This document shows, piece by piece, positions 1 to 15,000 of a DNA stretch of 64,000 bases. A program made the translations under genes and the position numbers. The DNA comes from Octopus sinensis (taxonomy: Eukaryota), in the NCBI RefSeq assembly GCF_006345805.1, contig NC_043025.1:16926001-16990000 (forward strand), written 5' to 3'. Each line of letters begins with the position of its first letter. Position 1 is the stretch's first letter. A model generated the notes under the pieces. That model worked only from the letters and a program-made list of their open reading frames with translations, searched no databases and was not told the DNA's origin.

Positions 1-3000
1 TTTATACACATTTGAAATATTTTGATATTTCTCTAACCTTAACTTTTGAGAATTTAGTGATCTCTTGGATAAATATAAGCTTATTATCACTCATATAGCT
101 TATATTTATAACAGATCACAAGATTTTTTTTTGTGTTTCAAGTACACATTTGAAAATTTTGACAATTTCTCACCTGAAAACTTTTGAGAATTTAGTGATC
201 GTTGGATAAATATAAGCTTATTATCACTCATATAGCTTATATTTACACGAGTCACAAATTTTTTTCTTTTAAGTACACATTTGAAAAATTTTGACATTTT
301 CTAACCTGAAAACTTTTGAGAATTTAGTGATCTCTTGGATAAATATAAGCTTATTATCACTCATATAGCTTATATTTACCTAACAGATCACAAAATTTTT
401 TTTTGTTTTCAGGTACACATTTGAAATATTTTGACATTTTCTAACCTGAAAACTTTTGAGAATTTAGTGATCTCTTGGATAAATATAGCTTATTATCACT
501 CATATAGCTTTATATTTACTTAGACAAATCCAAAATTTTTTTCTATTTTCAAGTACACATTTGAAAATTTTGACATTTTCTAACCTGAAAATTTGAGAAT
601 TTAGTGATCTCTTGGAAAATATAAGCTTATTATCACTCATATAGCTTATATTTACCTACGAGATACAAAATTTTTTTTTTTTTCAAGTACACATTTGAAA
701 TATTTGACATTTTCTAATCTAAAACTTTTGAGAATTTAGTGATCTCTTGGATAAATATAAGCTTATTATCACTCATATAGCTTATATTACCTAACAGATC
801 ACAAATTTTTTTTGTTTTTCAAGTACACATTGAAATATTTTGACATTTTCTAACCTGAAAACGTTTGAGAATTTAGTGATCTCTTGGATAAATATAAGCT
901 TATTTCACTCAGCTACTTATATTTATCTAACAGACCACAAAATTTTTTTTGTTTTCAAGTACACATTGAAATATTTTGACATTTTCTAACCTGAAAACTT
1001 TTGAGAATTTAGTGATTCTCTTGGAAAATATAAGCTTATTATCACTCATATAGCTTATATTTACCTAACAGATCAGATAATTTTTTTTTTTTTAAGTACA
1101 CATTTGAAATATTTTGACATTTCTAACCTGAAAACTTTTGAGAATTTAGTGATTCTTGGATAAATATAAGCTTATTATCACTCATATAGCTTATATTTAC
1201 CTAACGATCACAAAATTTTTTTGTTTTTCAGGTACACATTTGAAATATTTTGACAATTTCCAACCTGAAAACTTTTGAGAATTTAGTGATCTCTTGGATA
1301 AATATAAGCTTATTATCACTCATATAGCTTATATTTACCTAACAAATCACAAAATTTTTTTTTGTTTTTCAGGTACACATTTGAAATATTTTGACAATTT
1401 CCAACCTGGAAACTTTTGAGAATTTAGTGATCTTTTGGAAAATATAAGCTTATTATCACTCATATAGCTTATATTTACCTACGAGATTACAAAATTTTTT
1501 TTTTTTTTCAAATACACATTTGAAATATTTTGATATTTTCTAATCTAAAAACTTTTGAGAATTTAGTGATCTCTTGGATAAATATAAGCTTATTATCACT
1601 CAGTTAATTTATATTTACCTAACAGATCACAATTTTTTTTTTATTTTCAAGTACACATTTGAAATATTTTTACATTTTTAACCTGAAATTTTGAGAATTT
1701 AGTGATCTCTTGGATAAATATAAGCTATTATCACTCATATAGCTTATATTACCTAACAGATCACAAAATTTTTTTTTGTTTTTCAAGTACACATTTGAAA
1801 TATTTTGACATTTTCTCACCTGAAAACTTTTGAGATTTAGTGATCTTGGATAAATATAAGCTTATTATCACTCATATAGCTTATATTTACCTACAGATCA
1901 CAAATTTTTTTTTTTTTCAAGTACACATTTGAAATATTTGACATTTCTAACCTGAAAACTTTTAGAATTTAGTGATCTCTTGGATAAATATAAGCTTATA
2001 TCTCTCACATAGCTTATATTACCCTAACCGATCACAAAATTTTTTGTTGTTTTTCAAGTACACATTTGAAATATTTTGACATTTCTAACCTGAAAACTTT
2101 TGAGAATTTAGTGATCTCTTGGATAAATATAAGCTTATTATCACTCTATATAGCTTATATTTACCTAACAGATCACAAATTTTTTTTGTTTTTCAAGTAC
2201 ACATTTGAAATATTTTGACATTTTCTAACCTGAAAACTTTTGAGAATTTAGTGATCTTGGAAAATATAAGCTTATTATCATCATATAGCTTATATTTACC
2301 TAACAGATCACATAATTTTTTTTTTTTTTTCAAGTACACATTTGAAATATTTTGACATTTTCTAACCTGAAAACTTTTGAGAATTTAGTGATCTCTTGGA
2401 TAATATAAGCTTATTATCACTCATATAGCTTATATTTACCTAACGATTACAAAAATTTGTTTTTGTTTTCAGGTACACATTTGAAATATTTTGACATTTT
2501 CTAACCTGAAAACCTTTGAGATTTAGTGATCTCTGGATAATATAAGCTTATTATCACTCATATAGCTTTATTTTACCTAACAAATCACAAAATTTTTTTT
2601 TGTTTTTCAGGTACACATTTGAAATATTTGACATTTCAACCTGGAAAATTTGAGAATTTAGTGATCTCTTGGAAAATATAAGCTTATTATCACTCATATA
2701 GCTTATATTTACCTACGAGATACAAAATTTTTTTTTTTTTTCAAATACACATTGAAATAGTGATCTCTTGGATAAATATAAGCTTATTATCATTCAGTTA
2801 ATTTATATTTACAGAACAGATCACAAAATTTTTTTCTATTTTTCAAGTACACATTTGAAATATTTTTACATTTTCTAACCTGAAAACTTTTGAGAATTTA
2901 GTTTTCTCTTGGATAAATATAAGCTTATTATCACTCGTAAAGCCTATATTTACCTAACAGATCACAAATTTTTTTTTTTTGAAGTACACATTTGAAATAT

Positions 3001-6000
3001 TTTGACATTTTCTAACCTGAAAAACTTTGAGAATTTAGTGATCTCTTGGATAATATAAGCTTATTATCACTCAGCTAGCTTATATTATCTACAGATCACA
3101 AAAATTTTTTTGTTTTTCAAGTACACATTTGAAATATTTTGACATTTTCTAACCTGAAAACGTTGAGAATTTAGTGATCTCTTGGACAAATATAAGCTTA
3201 TTATCACTCATATAGCTATATTTACCTAACAGATTACAAAATTTTTTTGTTTTTCAAGTACACATTTGAAATATTTTGACATTTTCTAACCTGAAAACTT
3301 TTGAGAATTTAGTGATCTCTTGGATAAATATAAGCTTATATATCACTCATAGCTTATATTTCTAAAGAGATCACAAAATTTTTTGTTTTTCAAGTACACA
3401 TTTGAAATATTTTGACTTTTCTAACCTGAAAACTTTGAGAATTTAGTGATCTCTTGGATAAATATAAGCTTATTATCACTCATATAGCTTATATTTCCTA
3501 CAGATCACAAATTTTTTTTGTTTTTCAAGTACACATTTGAAATATTTTGACATTTTCTAACCTGAAAACTTTTGAGAATTTAGTGATCTCTTGGATAAAT
3601 ATAAGCTTATTATCACTCAGATAGCTTATATTTACCTAACAGATCACAAATTTTTTTTGTTTTTCAAGTACACATTTGAAATATTTTGACATTTCAACCT
3701 GAAAACTTTTGAGAATTTAGTGATCTCTTGGATAAATATAAGCTTATTATCACTCATATAGCTTATTTTACCTAACAGACACAAATTTTTTTTTGTTTTT
3801 CAAGTACACATTTGAAATATTTTGACATTTTCTAACCTGAAAACTTTTGAGAATTTAGTTCTCTTGGATAAATATAAGCTTATTATCACTCATAAAGCTA
3901 TATTACCTAACAGATCACAAAATTTTTTTTTATTTTGAAGTACACATTTGAAATTTTTGACATTTTCTAACCTGAAACCTTTGAGAATTTAGTGATCTCT
4001 TGGATAAATATAAGCTTATTATCACTCATATAGCTATATATTTACCTAACAGATCACAAAATTTTTTTTGTATTTTCAAGTACACATTTGAAATATTTTG
4101 ACATTTCTAACTGAAAACGTTTGAGAATTTAGTGATCTCTTGGACAATATAAGCTTATTATCACTCATATAGCTTATATTTACCTAACAGATCACAAATT
4201 TTTTTTGTTTTTCAAGTACACATTTGAAATATTTTGATATTTCTAACCTGAAAACTTTGAGAATTTAGTGATCTCTTGGATAAATATAAGCTTATTATCA
4301 CTCAGTATAGCTTATATTTACCTAACAGATCACAAAATTTTTTTGTTTTTGAAGTACACATTTGAAATATTTTGACATTTCTAACCTGAAAACTTTTGAG
4401 AATTTAGTGATCTCTTGGATAAAATAAGCTTATTATCACTCAGCTAACTTATATTTATCTAACAGATCACAAAATTTTTTTTCTTTTCAAAGTACATTTG
4501 AAATATTTTGACATTTTCTCCCTGAAAACTTTGAGAATTCAGTGATCTCTTGGATAAATATAAGCCTATTATCACTCAATAGCTTATATTTACTAACGAG
4601 ATCAGAAATTTTTTTTTTTTTTCAAGTACACTTTGAAATATTTTGACATTTTTAACCTGAAAACTTTGAGAATTTAGTGATCTCTTGGATAAATATAAGC
4701 TTATTATCACTCATATAGCTATATTTTACCTAACGATCACAAAATTTTTTTTGTTTTTCAGGTACACATTGAAACATTTTGACATTTCCAACCTGAAAAC
4801 TTTTGAGAATTTAGTGATCTCTTGGATAAATATAATTTATCACTCATATAGCTTATATTTACCTAACAAATCACAAAATTTTTTTTTGTTTTCAAGTAAC
4901 ACATTGAATATTTTGACATTTTCTAAACTGAAACTTTTGAGAATTTAGTGATCTCTTGGAAAATATAGCTTATTATCACTCATATAGCTTAATTACCTAC
5001 GAGATCACAAATTTTTTTTTTTTTCAAATACACATTTGAAATATTTTGATATTTTCTAATCTGAAAACTTTTGAGAATTTAGTGATCTCTGGATAAGCTT
5101 ATTATCACTCATTAATTATATTTACCTACAGATCACAAAATTTGTTTCTATTTTTCAAGTACAAATTTGAAATATTTTGACATTTTCTCACCTGAAATCT
5201 TTTGAGAATTTAGTGATCTCTTGGAAAATATAAGCTATATTATCACTCATATAGCTTATATTTACCTAACAGATCACAACATTTTTTTTGTTTTGAAGTA
5301 CACATTTGAAATATTTTGACATTTTCTAACCTGAAAACTTGAGAATTTAGTGATCTCTTGGATAAATATAAGCTTATTATCACTCATATAACTATATTTA
5401 TCTAACAGATCACAAAATTTTTTTTTTTTTTCAGTACACATTTGAAATATTTTGACATTTCTAACCTGAAAACTTTTGAGAATTTAGTGATCTCTTGGAT
5501 AATATAAGCTTATTATCACTCATATAGCTTATATTTACCTAACAGATCACAAAATTTTTTTTTGTGTTTTCAAGTACACATTTGAAATATTTTGACAATT
5601 TCTAACCTGGAAACTTTTGAGAATTTAGTGATCTCTTGGATAAATATAAGCTTATTATCACTCATATAGCTATATATTACTATGAGATTACAAATTTTTG
5701 TTTTTCAAATACACATTGAAATATTTTGACATTTTCTAACCTGAAAACTTTTAAGAATTTAGTGATCTCTTGGATAAATATAAGCTTATTATCACTCAGC
5801 TAACTTATATTATCTAACAGATCACAAAATTTTTTTTGTTTTTCAAGTACACATTTGAAATATTTTGACATTTTCTCACCTGAAAACTTTTGAGATTTAG
5901 TGATCATTGGAAAATATAAGCTTATTATCACTCATATAGCTTATATTTACCTAAAGATCACAAAAATTTTTTTTTTTTCAAGTACATATTTGAAATATTT

Positions 6001-9000
6001 TGACAATTCTGAACCTGAAAACTTTTGAGAATTCGTGATCTGTTGGATAAATATAAGCTTATTTTCACTCATATAGCTTATATTTACCTAACAGATCACA
6101 AAATTTTTTTTGTTTTCAAGTACACATTTGAAATATTTTGACATTTTTATCCTGAAAACTTTTGAGAATTTAGTGATCTCTTGGATAAATATAAGCTATT
6201 ATCACTCATATAGCTTATATTTACCTAACAAGATCACAAATTTTTTTTGTTTTCAAGTACACATTTGAAAATTTTGACATTTTCTAACCTGGAAACTTTT
6301 GAGAATTTAGTGATCTCTTGGATAAATATAAGCTTATTATCACTCATATAGCTTATATTTCCTACGAGATTACAAAATTTTTTTTTTTTTTCAAGTACAC
6401 ATTTGAATATTTTGACATTTTCTAACCTGAAACTTTTGAGAATTTAGTGATCTCTTGGATAAATATAAGCTTATTATCACTCAGTATAATTTATATTTAC
6501 CTAAGAGATCACAAAATTTTTTTCTATTTTTCAAGTACACATGAAATATTTTGACATTTTCTAACTGAAAACTTTTGAGAATTTAGTGATATCTTGGACA
6601 AATATAAGCTTATTATCACTCATATAGCTTTATATTTACCTAACAGATCACAAAATTTTTTTTGTTTTTCAAGTACACATCTGAAATTATTTGATATTTT
6701 CTAACCTGAAAACTTTGAGAATTTAGTGATCTTGGATAATATAAGCCTATATCACTCAGCTAATTATATTACTAACAGATCACAAAAATTTTTTTATATT
6801 TTTCAAGTACACATTTGCAATATTTTGACATTTTCTAACCTGAAAAACTTGAGAATTTAGTGATCTCTTGGATAAATATAAGCTTATTATCACTCAGTAA
6901 CTATATATTTATCTAACAGATCACAAAATTTTTTTTGTTTTCAAGTACACAATTGAAATATTTTGACATTTCTCACCTGAAAATTTTGAGACTTTAGTGA
7001 TCAGTTGGAAAAATATAAGCATTATCATCATATAGCTTATATTTACATACGAGATCAGAAATTTTTTTTTTTTTAAGTACACATTTGAAGTATTTGACAT
7101 TTTCTAACCTGAAAACTTTTGAGAATAGTGATCTCTTGGATACATATAAGCTTATTATCACTCAAAGCTTATAGTTACCTAACACGAACAAAAAGTTTTT
7201 TTGTTTTTCAGGTACAATTTGAAATATTTTGACAATTTCCAACCTGAAAACTTTTGAGAATTTAGTGATCTCTTGGATAAATATAAGCTTATTACACTCA
7301 TATAGCTTATATTTACCTAAGAAATCACAAAATTTTTTTTTTGTTTTTCAAAGTACACATTTGAAATATTTTGACATTTTCTAACCTGAAACTTTTGAGA
7401 ATTTAGTGATCTTTGGAAAATATAAGCTATTATCACTCATATAGCTTATAATTCCCTACGAGATTGCAAATTTTTTTTTTTTTCAAATACACATTTGAAA
7501 TATTTTGATATTTTCTAACTTAAAAATTTGAGAATTACTGATCTCTTGGATAAATAGAAGCTTATTATATTCAGTTAATTTATATTTAACTAACAGATCA
7601 CAAAATTTGTTTCTATTTTTCAAGTACACATTTGAAATATTTTGACATTTTCTAACCTGAAATCTTTTGAGAATTTAGTGATCTCTTGGACAAATATAAG
7701 CTTATTATCACTCATATAGCTTATATTTACCTAACAGATCACAAAATTTTTTTTTATTTTTCAAGTACACATTTGAAATATTTTGACATTTTCTAACCTG
7801 AAAACTTTTAAGAATTTAGTGATCTCTTGGATAAATATAAGCTTATTATCACTCAGCTAACTTATATTTATCTAACAGATCACAAATTTTTTTGTTTTTC
7901 AAGTACACATTTGAAAATGTTGACATTTCTCACCTGAAAACTTTTGAGACTTTAGTGATCTTGGCAAATATAAGCTATTATCACTCATATAGCTTATATT
8001 TACCTACGAGATCAGAAAATTTTTTTTTTTTTTAAGTACACATTGAAATATTTTGACATTTTCTACCTGAAATCTTTTGAGAATTTAGTGAACTCTTGGT
8101 CAAATATAAGCTTATTATCACTCATATAGCTTATATTTACCTAACAGAACACAAAATTTTTTTTTATTTTTCAAGTACACATCAAAATATTTTGACATTT
8201 TCTAACCTGAAAACTTTTGAGAATTTAGTGATCTCTTGGATAAATATAAGCTTATTATCACTCAGCTAACTTATATTTATCTAACAGATCACAAAATTTT
8301 TTTTTGTTTTTCAAGTACACATTTGAAATATTTTGACATTTTCTCACCTGAAAACTTTTGAGACTTTAGTGATCAGTTGGAAAATATAAGCTTATTATCA
8401 TTCATATAGCTTATATTTACCTACGAGATCAGAAATTTTTTTTTTTTTTTTAAGAACACATTTGAAATATTTGACATTTCTAACCTGAAAACTTTTGAGA
8501 ATTTAGTGATCTCTTGGATACATATAAGCTTATTATCACTCATATAGCTTATATTTACCTAAACCGACACAAAATTTTTTTTGTTTTTCAGGCACACATT
8601 TGAAACATTTTGACAATTTCCAACCTGAAAACTTTTGAGAATTTAGTGATCTCTTGGATAAATATAAGCTTATTATCACTCATATAGCTTATATTTCATA
8701 GAGATTACAAATTTTTTTTTTTCAATTACACATTTGAAATATTTTGATATTTTCTCATCTTAAAAACTTTTGAGAATTAGTGATCTCTTGGATAAATATA
8801 AGTTATTATCATTCAGTAAATTATATTTACCTAACAGATCACAAAATTTTTTTCTATTTTTCAAGTACACATTTGAAATATTTTGACATTTCTAACCTGA
8901 AATCTTTGAGAATTTAGTGATCTCTTGGACAAATATAAGCTTATTATCATTCATATAGCTTATATTTACCTAACAGATCACAAAATTATTTTGTTTTTCA

Positions 9001-12000
9001 AGTACACATCTGAAATATTTTGATATTTTCTAACCTGAAAACTTTTGAGAATTTAGTGATCTCTTGGATAAATATAAGCTTATTAGCACTCATATAGCTT
9101 ATAATTACCTATGAGATTACAAAATTTTTTTTTTTTTCAAATACACATTTGAAATATTTTGACATTTTCTAACCTGAAAACTTTTAAGAATTTAGTGATC
9201 TCTTGGATAAATATAAGCTTATTATCACTCAGCTAACTTATATTTATCTAACAGATCACAAAATTTTTTTTTGTTTTTCAAGTACACATTTGAAATATTT
9301 TGACATTTTCTCACCTGAAAACTTTTGAGACTTTAGTGATCAGTTGGAAAATATAAGCTTATTATCACTCATATAGCTTATATTTACCTAACAGATCACA
9401 AAATTTTTTTTTTTTTTGCAAGTACATATTTGAAATATTTTGACACTTTCTGACCTGAAAACTTTTGAGAATTTCGTGATCTGTTGGATACATATAAGTT
9501 TATTTTCACTCATATAGCTTATATTTACCTAACAGATCACAAAATTTTTTTTTGTTTTTCAAGTAGAGATTTGAAATATTTTGACATTTTTTATCCTGAA
9601 AACTTTTGAGAATTTAGTTATCTCTTGGATAAATATAAGCTTATTATCACTCTTATAGCTTATATTTACCTAACAAATCACAAAATTTTTTTTTGTTTTT
9701 CAAGTACACATTTGAAATATTTGACATTTTCTAACCTGGAACTTTGAGAATTTAGTGATCTCTTGGAAAATATAAGCTTATTATCACTCATATAGCTTAT
9801 ATTTTCCTACGAGATTAAAATTTTTTTTTGTTTTCAAATACACATTTGAAATATTTTGACATTTTCTAACCTGAAAACTTTTGAGAATTTAGTGATCTCT
9901 TGGATAAATATAAGCTTATTATCATTCACTTAATTTATATTTACCTAAGAGATCACAAAATTTTTTTTCTATTTTTCAAGTACACATTTGAAATATTTTG
10001 ACATTTTCTAACCTGAAAACTTTTGAGAATTTAGTGATATCTTGGACAAATATAAGCTTATTATCACTCATATAGCTTATACTTACCTAACAGATCACAA
10101 ATTTTTGGTTTTCAAGTACACATCTGAAATATTTTGATTATTTTCTAACCTGAAAACTTTGAGAATTAGTGATCTCTGGATCAATATAAGCCTATTATCA
10201 CTCAGCTAATTTATATTATCTAACAGATCACAAAATTTTTTCTATTTTTCAAGTACACATTTGCAATATTTTGATATTTTCTAACCTGAAACTTTTAAGA
10301 ATTAGTGATCTCTTGGATAATATAAGCTTATTATCACTCAGCTAACTTATATTTATCTAACAGATCACAAAATTTTTTGTTTTCAAGTACACAATTGAAT
10401 ATTTTGACATTTTCTCACCTGAAAACTTTTGAGACTTTAGTGATCAGTGGAAAATATAAGCTTATTATCACTCATATAGCTTATATTTACATACGAGATC
10501 AGAAAAATTTGAAATATTTTGAGAATTTACTGATCTCTTGGATAAATAGAAGCTTATTATCATTCAGTTAATTTATATTTAACTAACAGATCACAAATTT
10601 TTTTCTATTTTTCGAGTACACATTTGAAATATTTTGACATTTACTAACCTGAAATCTTTGAGAATTTAGTGATCTCTTGGACAAAATATAAGCTTATTAT
10701 CACTCATATAGCTTATATTTACCTAACAGATCACAAAATTTTTTTTATTTTTCAAGTACACGTTTGAAATATTTTGGACATTTTCTAACCTGAAAACTTT
10801 TAAGAATTTAGTGATCTCTTGGATAAATATAAGCTTCTATCACTCAGCTAACTTATATTTATCTAACAGATCACAAATTTTTTTTGTTTTTTCAAGTACA
10901 CATTTGAAATAGTTGACATTCTCACCTGAAAACTTTTGAGACTTTAGTGATCAGTTGGCAAATATAGCTTATTATCACTCATATAGCTTATATTTACCTA
11001 CGAGATCAGAAAATTTTTTTTTTTTTTTAAGTACACATTTGAAATATTTTGACATTTTCTAACCTGAAATCTTTTGAGAATTTAGTGAACTCTTGGTCAA
11101 ATATAAGCTTATTATCACTCATAAAGCTTATATTTACCTAACAGATCACAAAATTTTTTTTTATTTTTCAAGTACACATCAAATATTTTGACATTTTCTA
11201 CCTGAAAACTTTTGAGAATTTAGTGATCTCTTGGATAAATATAAGCTTATTATCACTCAGCTAACTTATATTTATCTAACAGATCACAAAATTTTTTTTG
11301 TTTTTCAAGTACACATTTGAAATATTTGACATTTTCACCTGAAAACTTTTGAGACTTTAGTGATCAGTTGGAAAATATAAGCTTTATCATTCATAGCTTA
11401 TATTTACCTACGAGATCAGAAAATTTTTTTTTTTAAGAACACATTTGAAATTTTTGACATTTCTAACCTGAAAACTTTTGAGAATTTAGTGATCTCTTGG
11501 ATACATATAAGCTTATTATCACTCATATAGCTTATATTTTAAAAACCGACACAATTTTTTTTTGTTTTTCAGGTACACATTTGAAACATTTTGACAATTT
11601 CCAACCTGAAAACTTTTGAGAATTTAATGATCTCTTGGATAAATATAAGCTTATTATCACTCATATAGCTTATATTTACCTACGAGATTACAAAATTTTT
11701 TTTTTTCAATACACATTTGAAATTTTTGTTTGATATTTCTAATCTAAAACTTTTGAGAATTTAGTGATCTCTTGGATAAATATAAGTTTATTATCATTCA
11801 GTAAATTTATATTTACCTAACAGATCACAAAATTTTTTTTCATTTTTCAAGTACACATTGAATATTTGACACATTTCTAACCTGAAATCTTTTGAGAATT
11901 TAGTGATCTCTTGGACAAATATAAGCTTATTATCACATCATATAGCTTATATTTACCTAACAGATCACAAAATTTATTTTTTTGTTTTTCAAGTACACAT

Positions 12001-15000
12001 CTGAAATATTTTTGATATTTCTAACCTGAAAAACTTTTGAGAATTTAGTGATCTCTTGGATAAATATAAGCTTATTATCATTCATATAGCTTATATTTAC
12101 CTAACAGATCACAAAATTTTTTTTTGTTTTTCAAGTAGACATTTGAAATATTTTGATATTTTCTAACCTGAAAACATTTGAGAATTTAGTTATCTCTTGG
12201 ATAAATATAAGCTTATTAGCACTCATATAGCTTATATTTACCTAACAGATCACAACATTTTTTTTTGTTTTTCAAGTACACATTTGAAATATTTTGACAT
12301 TTTGTAACCTGAAAACTTTCGAGAATTTAGTGATCTCTTGGATAAATATAAGCTTATTATCATTCAGTTAATTTATATTTACCTAACAGATCACAAAATT
12401 TTTTTTCTATTTTTCAAGTACACATTTGAAATATTTTAATATTTTCTAACCTGAAAACTTTTGAGAATTTAGTGATCTCTTGGACAAATATAAGCTTATT
12501 ATCACTCATATAGCTTATATTTACCTAACAGATCACAAAATTTTTTTTCGTTTTTCAAGTACACATCTGAAATATTTTCATATTTTCTAACCTGAAAACT
12601 TTTGAGAATTTAGTGATCTCTTGGATTAATATAAGCCTATTATCACTCAGCTAACTTATATTTATCTAACAGATTAGAAAATTTTTTTATATTTTTCAAG
12701 TACACCTTTGAAATATTTTGATATTTTCTAACCTGAAAACTTTTAAGAATTTAGTTATCTCTTGTATAAATATAAGCTTATTATCACACAGCTAACTTAT
12801 ATTTATCTAATAGATCCCAAAATATTTTTTTGTTTTTCAAGTACACATTTGAAATATTTTGACATTTTGTAACCTGAAAACTTTTGAGAATTTAGTGATC
12901 TCTTGGATAAATATAAGCTTATTATCACTCATATAGCTTATATTTACCTAACAAATCACAAAATTTTTTTTTTGTTTTTCAAGTACACATTTGAAATATT
13001 TTGACATTTTCTAACCTGGAAACTTTTGAGAATTTAGTGATCTCTTGGAAAATATAAGCTTATTATCACTCATATAGCTTATATTTTCCTACGAGATTAC
13101 AAAATTTTTTTTTTTTTTCAAATTCACATTTGAAATATTTTGATATTTTCTAATCTTAAAACTTTTGAGAATTTACTGATCTCTTGGATAAATATAAGCT
13201 TATTATCACTCAGCTAACTTATATTTATCTAACAGATCACAAATTTTTTTTTGTTTTTCAAGTACACATTTGAAATATTTTGACATTTTCTCACCTGAAA
13301 ACTTTGAGACTTTTAGTGATCAGTTGGAAAATATAAGCTTATTATCATCATATAGCTTATATTTACCTAGGAGATCAGAAAAATTTTTTTTTTTTTAAGT
13401 ACACATTTGAAATATTTTGACATTTTCTAACCTGAAACTTTTGAGATTTTAGTGATCTCTTGGATACTATAAGCTTATTATCACTCATATAGCTTATATT
13501 ACCTAACAAATCACAAAATTTTTTTTTGTTTTTCAAGTTCACATTTGAAATATTTTGACATTTTCTAACTGGAAACTTTGAGAATTTAGTGATCTCTTGG
13601 AAAATATAAGCCTATTATGACTCATATAGCTTATATTACCTACGAAGATTACAAAATTTTTTTTTTTCAAATACACATTCGAAATTTTGATATTTCTAAT
13701 CTTAAAACTTTTGAGAATTTTGTGATCTCTTGGATAAATATAAGCTTATTATCATTCAGTTAATTATATTTACCTAACAGATCACAAATTTATTTCTATT
13801 TTTTCAAGTACACATTTGAAATATTTTGACATTTTCTAACCTGAAATCTTTTGAGAATTTAGTGATCTCTTGGATAAATATAAGCTTATTATCATTCAGT
13901 TAATTTATATTTACCTAACAGATCACAAAATTTTTTTTTATTTTTCAAGTACACATCTAAATATTTTGACATTTTCTAACCTGAAAAACTTTGAAGAATT
14001 AGTGATCTCTTGGATAAATATAAGCTTTTCATCATCAGCTAACTTATATTTATCTAACAGATCACAAAATTTTTTTTTGTTTTCAAGTACCCATTTGAAT
14101 ATTTTGACATTTCTCACCTGAAAACTTTTGAGACTTTAGTGATCAGTTGGAAAATATAAGCTTATTATCATTCATATAGCTTATATTACCTACAGAGATC
14201 AGAAAATTTTTTTTTTTTTTTCAAGTACACATTTGAAAATATTTTGATTTTTCTAACCTGAAAACTTTTGAGAATTTAGTGATCTCTTGGATACATATAA
14301 GCTTATTCACTCATATAGCTTATATTTCCTACCGATTCAACAATTTTTTTTGTTTTTCAAGCGCACATTTGAAATATTTGACTTGCAAACCTGAAACTTT
14401 TGAGATTTAGTGCGTCTCTTGGCTTCATCTAGTCTCTCTTGGATTTATATACCCATATTAACATCAGCTACTTAAATTTACTAACAGATAAAAAATTTTT
14501 TTATATTTCTCGCAAGTACACATTTGAAATATTTTGATATTTTCTAACCTGAAAACTTTTAAGAATTTAGTGATCTCTTGTTAATATAAGCTTATATCAC
14601 TCAGCTAACTATTATTATCTAATAGATCACAAATATTTTTGTTTTTCAAGTACACATTTGAAATATTTTGACATTTTCTAACCTGAAAACTTTTGAGAAT
14701 TTAGTGATCTCTGGATAAAATATAAGCTTATATCACTCATATAGCTTATATTTACCTACAAATCACAAAATTTTTTTTGTTTTTCAAGTACACATTTGAA
14801 CTATTTGACGTTTTCTAACCTGGACCTTTGAGAATTTAGTGATCTCTTGGATAATATAAGCTTATTATCACTCATATAGCTTATATTTACCTACGAGATT
14901 ACAAAATTTTTTTTTTTTCAAATACACATTTGAAATATTTTGATATTTTCTAATCTTAAACTTTTGAGAATTTAGTGATCTCTTGGATAAATATAAGTTT

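Noticed and set aside
14380-14520. Apparently foreign sequence (tgcgtctcttggcttcatctagtctctcttggatttatatacccatattaacatcagc)
   Set aside because: It still aligns in register with the monomer (gtgatctcttgg...tataagcctattatcactcagctaac) inside a very noisy stretch. It is most likely low-quality base-calling rather than an insertion.
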